Source: Nitrospirales bacterium | Lineage (GTDB): Bacteria > Nitrospirota > Nitrospiria > Nitrospirales > UBA8639 | Length of the DNA stretch: 64,000 nt | Direction of reading: 5' to 3' | NCBI GenBank assembly: GCA_963555755.3 | Contig: OY820905.2 | Span: 4,320,001-4,384,000, forward strand | In this document: positions 63,077 through 64,000 of the stretch, piece by piece | Numbering within the stretch: the first letter of the stretch is position 1 | Layout: the number at the start of each line of letters is the position of its first letter | Position numbers and translations under genes: made by a program | Notes under the pieces: generated by a model | The model's input: the letters and a program-made list of their open reading frames with translations, nothing else | Told to the model about the DNA's origin: nothing | The model's database searches: none

Positions 63077-64000
63077 CAATACTGTTCACTTAGATGAAAA
63101 TCTGTTATGCTTCGCCTCCACACGTAATCTGGGAGGAGGCAACATGGCAAGAAAGAAAGTCGGCTTGGGGGCGGGGGCTCGATTGGCGGATTATTTGAGC
63201 ACGGGATTACTGGCTCGTGCCTTTCCGGTGGCCATCATCAACGAAGAACTTGACGCACATCATTGTAACAGTGAACGTGTCCGCACCTTTCCCGCTTCTG
63301 CCGTGGTGTACTACACCATGGCGTTGAGCTTATACAGCGAGGCCGCGTACGAAGCGGTGTTTGCCGCTGTGGCCCAAGGGCTGGCCTGGCAAGACCAGCA
63401 ACCTGTGGCTCCCGTGAGCGTTGTCAAATCCGCCATCAGCAAAGCCCGCTCACGGCTGACGTGGCAGGCGCTGAAAGCCATTGGGCAGCGCTGCTTGCGC
63501 CCGTTGGCTCGTCCAGAGCATGCCCACGCCTTTTTTGCAGGCTACCGACTCGTCGCGATAGATGGCTCCAACTTTGAGGTCCCGGATGAGGAAGCCACTG
63601 TGCAAGCCTTTGGGTACCCAGGGAGCCGAACCGGGCAGGCCGGCTACCCCCAAGCCCAGTGCGCCATTTTGACGGAATGTGCCAGTCACGCCATTTTGGA
63701 TGCCGAACTAGGGGCCTATAAGCAGGCCGAATGGGAGGTGGCCGCGCCCTTGGTGCGTCGCCTCACGCCCGACATGCTCTGCATGGCCGATCGCGGCTTT
63801 GTCGGGTACGCCCATTGGCAGGCCGGCCTTCAGACCGGAGCGCAACTGCTCTGGCGCATGCCGAAGCACTTGCTCCTTCCGGTTGACAAGCTGTTGGACG
63901 ATGGCTCGTACCTGAGCCGTCTGTACCCCAGTGAACGCGCCAGAAGAAAGCGAATCGATGGGATCGCCCTCAGGGTGATTGAGTATGTCTTACCGCAGGG
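63077..64000 (+). mobile_element. IS4-family element (transposase from ATG 63144, runs off right edge)
   Basis: End CAATACTGTTCACTTA; RBS GGAGG; MARKKVGL...SAISKARSRL...RLVAIDGS...YPQ...ADRGF. Confidence 0.88.

Overview
Bacterial chromosomal window. Gene content and order (prsK/prsR-epsI-exosortase, tandem DUF151, argJ-argC, rplM-rpsI, proS-rseP-dxr-cdsA-uppS) suggest Nitrospirota; this is an inference. It is very rich in IS elements and MITEs. The left part (1-10 kb) holds secreted proteins, including a ~1950-codon FN3/beta-helix surface protein split at a G8 homopolymer and preceded by a c-di-GMP-I (GEMM) riboswitch. 10-27 kb holds a PEP-CTERM/exosortase locus with prsK broken by ISL3, and a GlrK-QseG-GlrR-like locus whose lipoprotein gene is broken by two IS. 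A ~20.3 kb island (33208-53494) is bounded by a 508-bp direct repeat of the proS 3' end. It carries glycosyltransferases, three DUF4338-IS4 elements, IS256, and an IS91/ISCR-like element directly downstream of an apparently autoregulated lexA. The right end has five identical 159-bp tandem units, an IS6 remnant, a decayed fragment resembling a thaumarchaeal thermosome, and an IS4. All family assignments come from motif recognition by eye; no searches were run.
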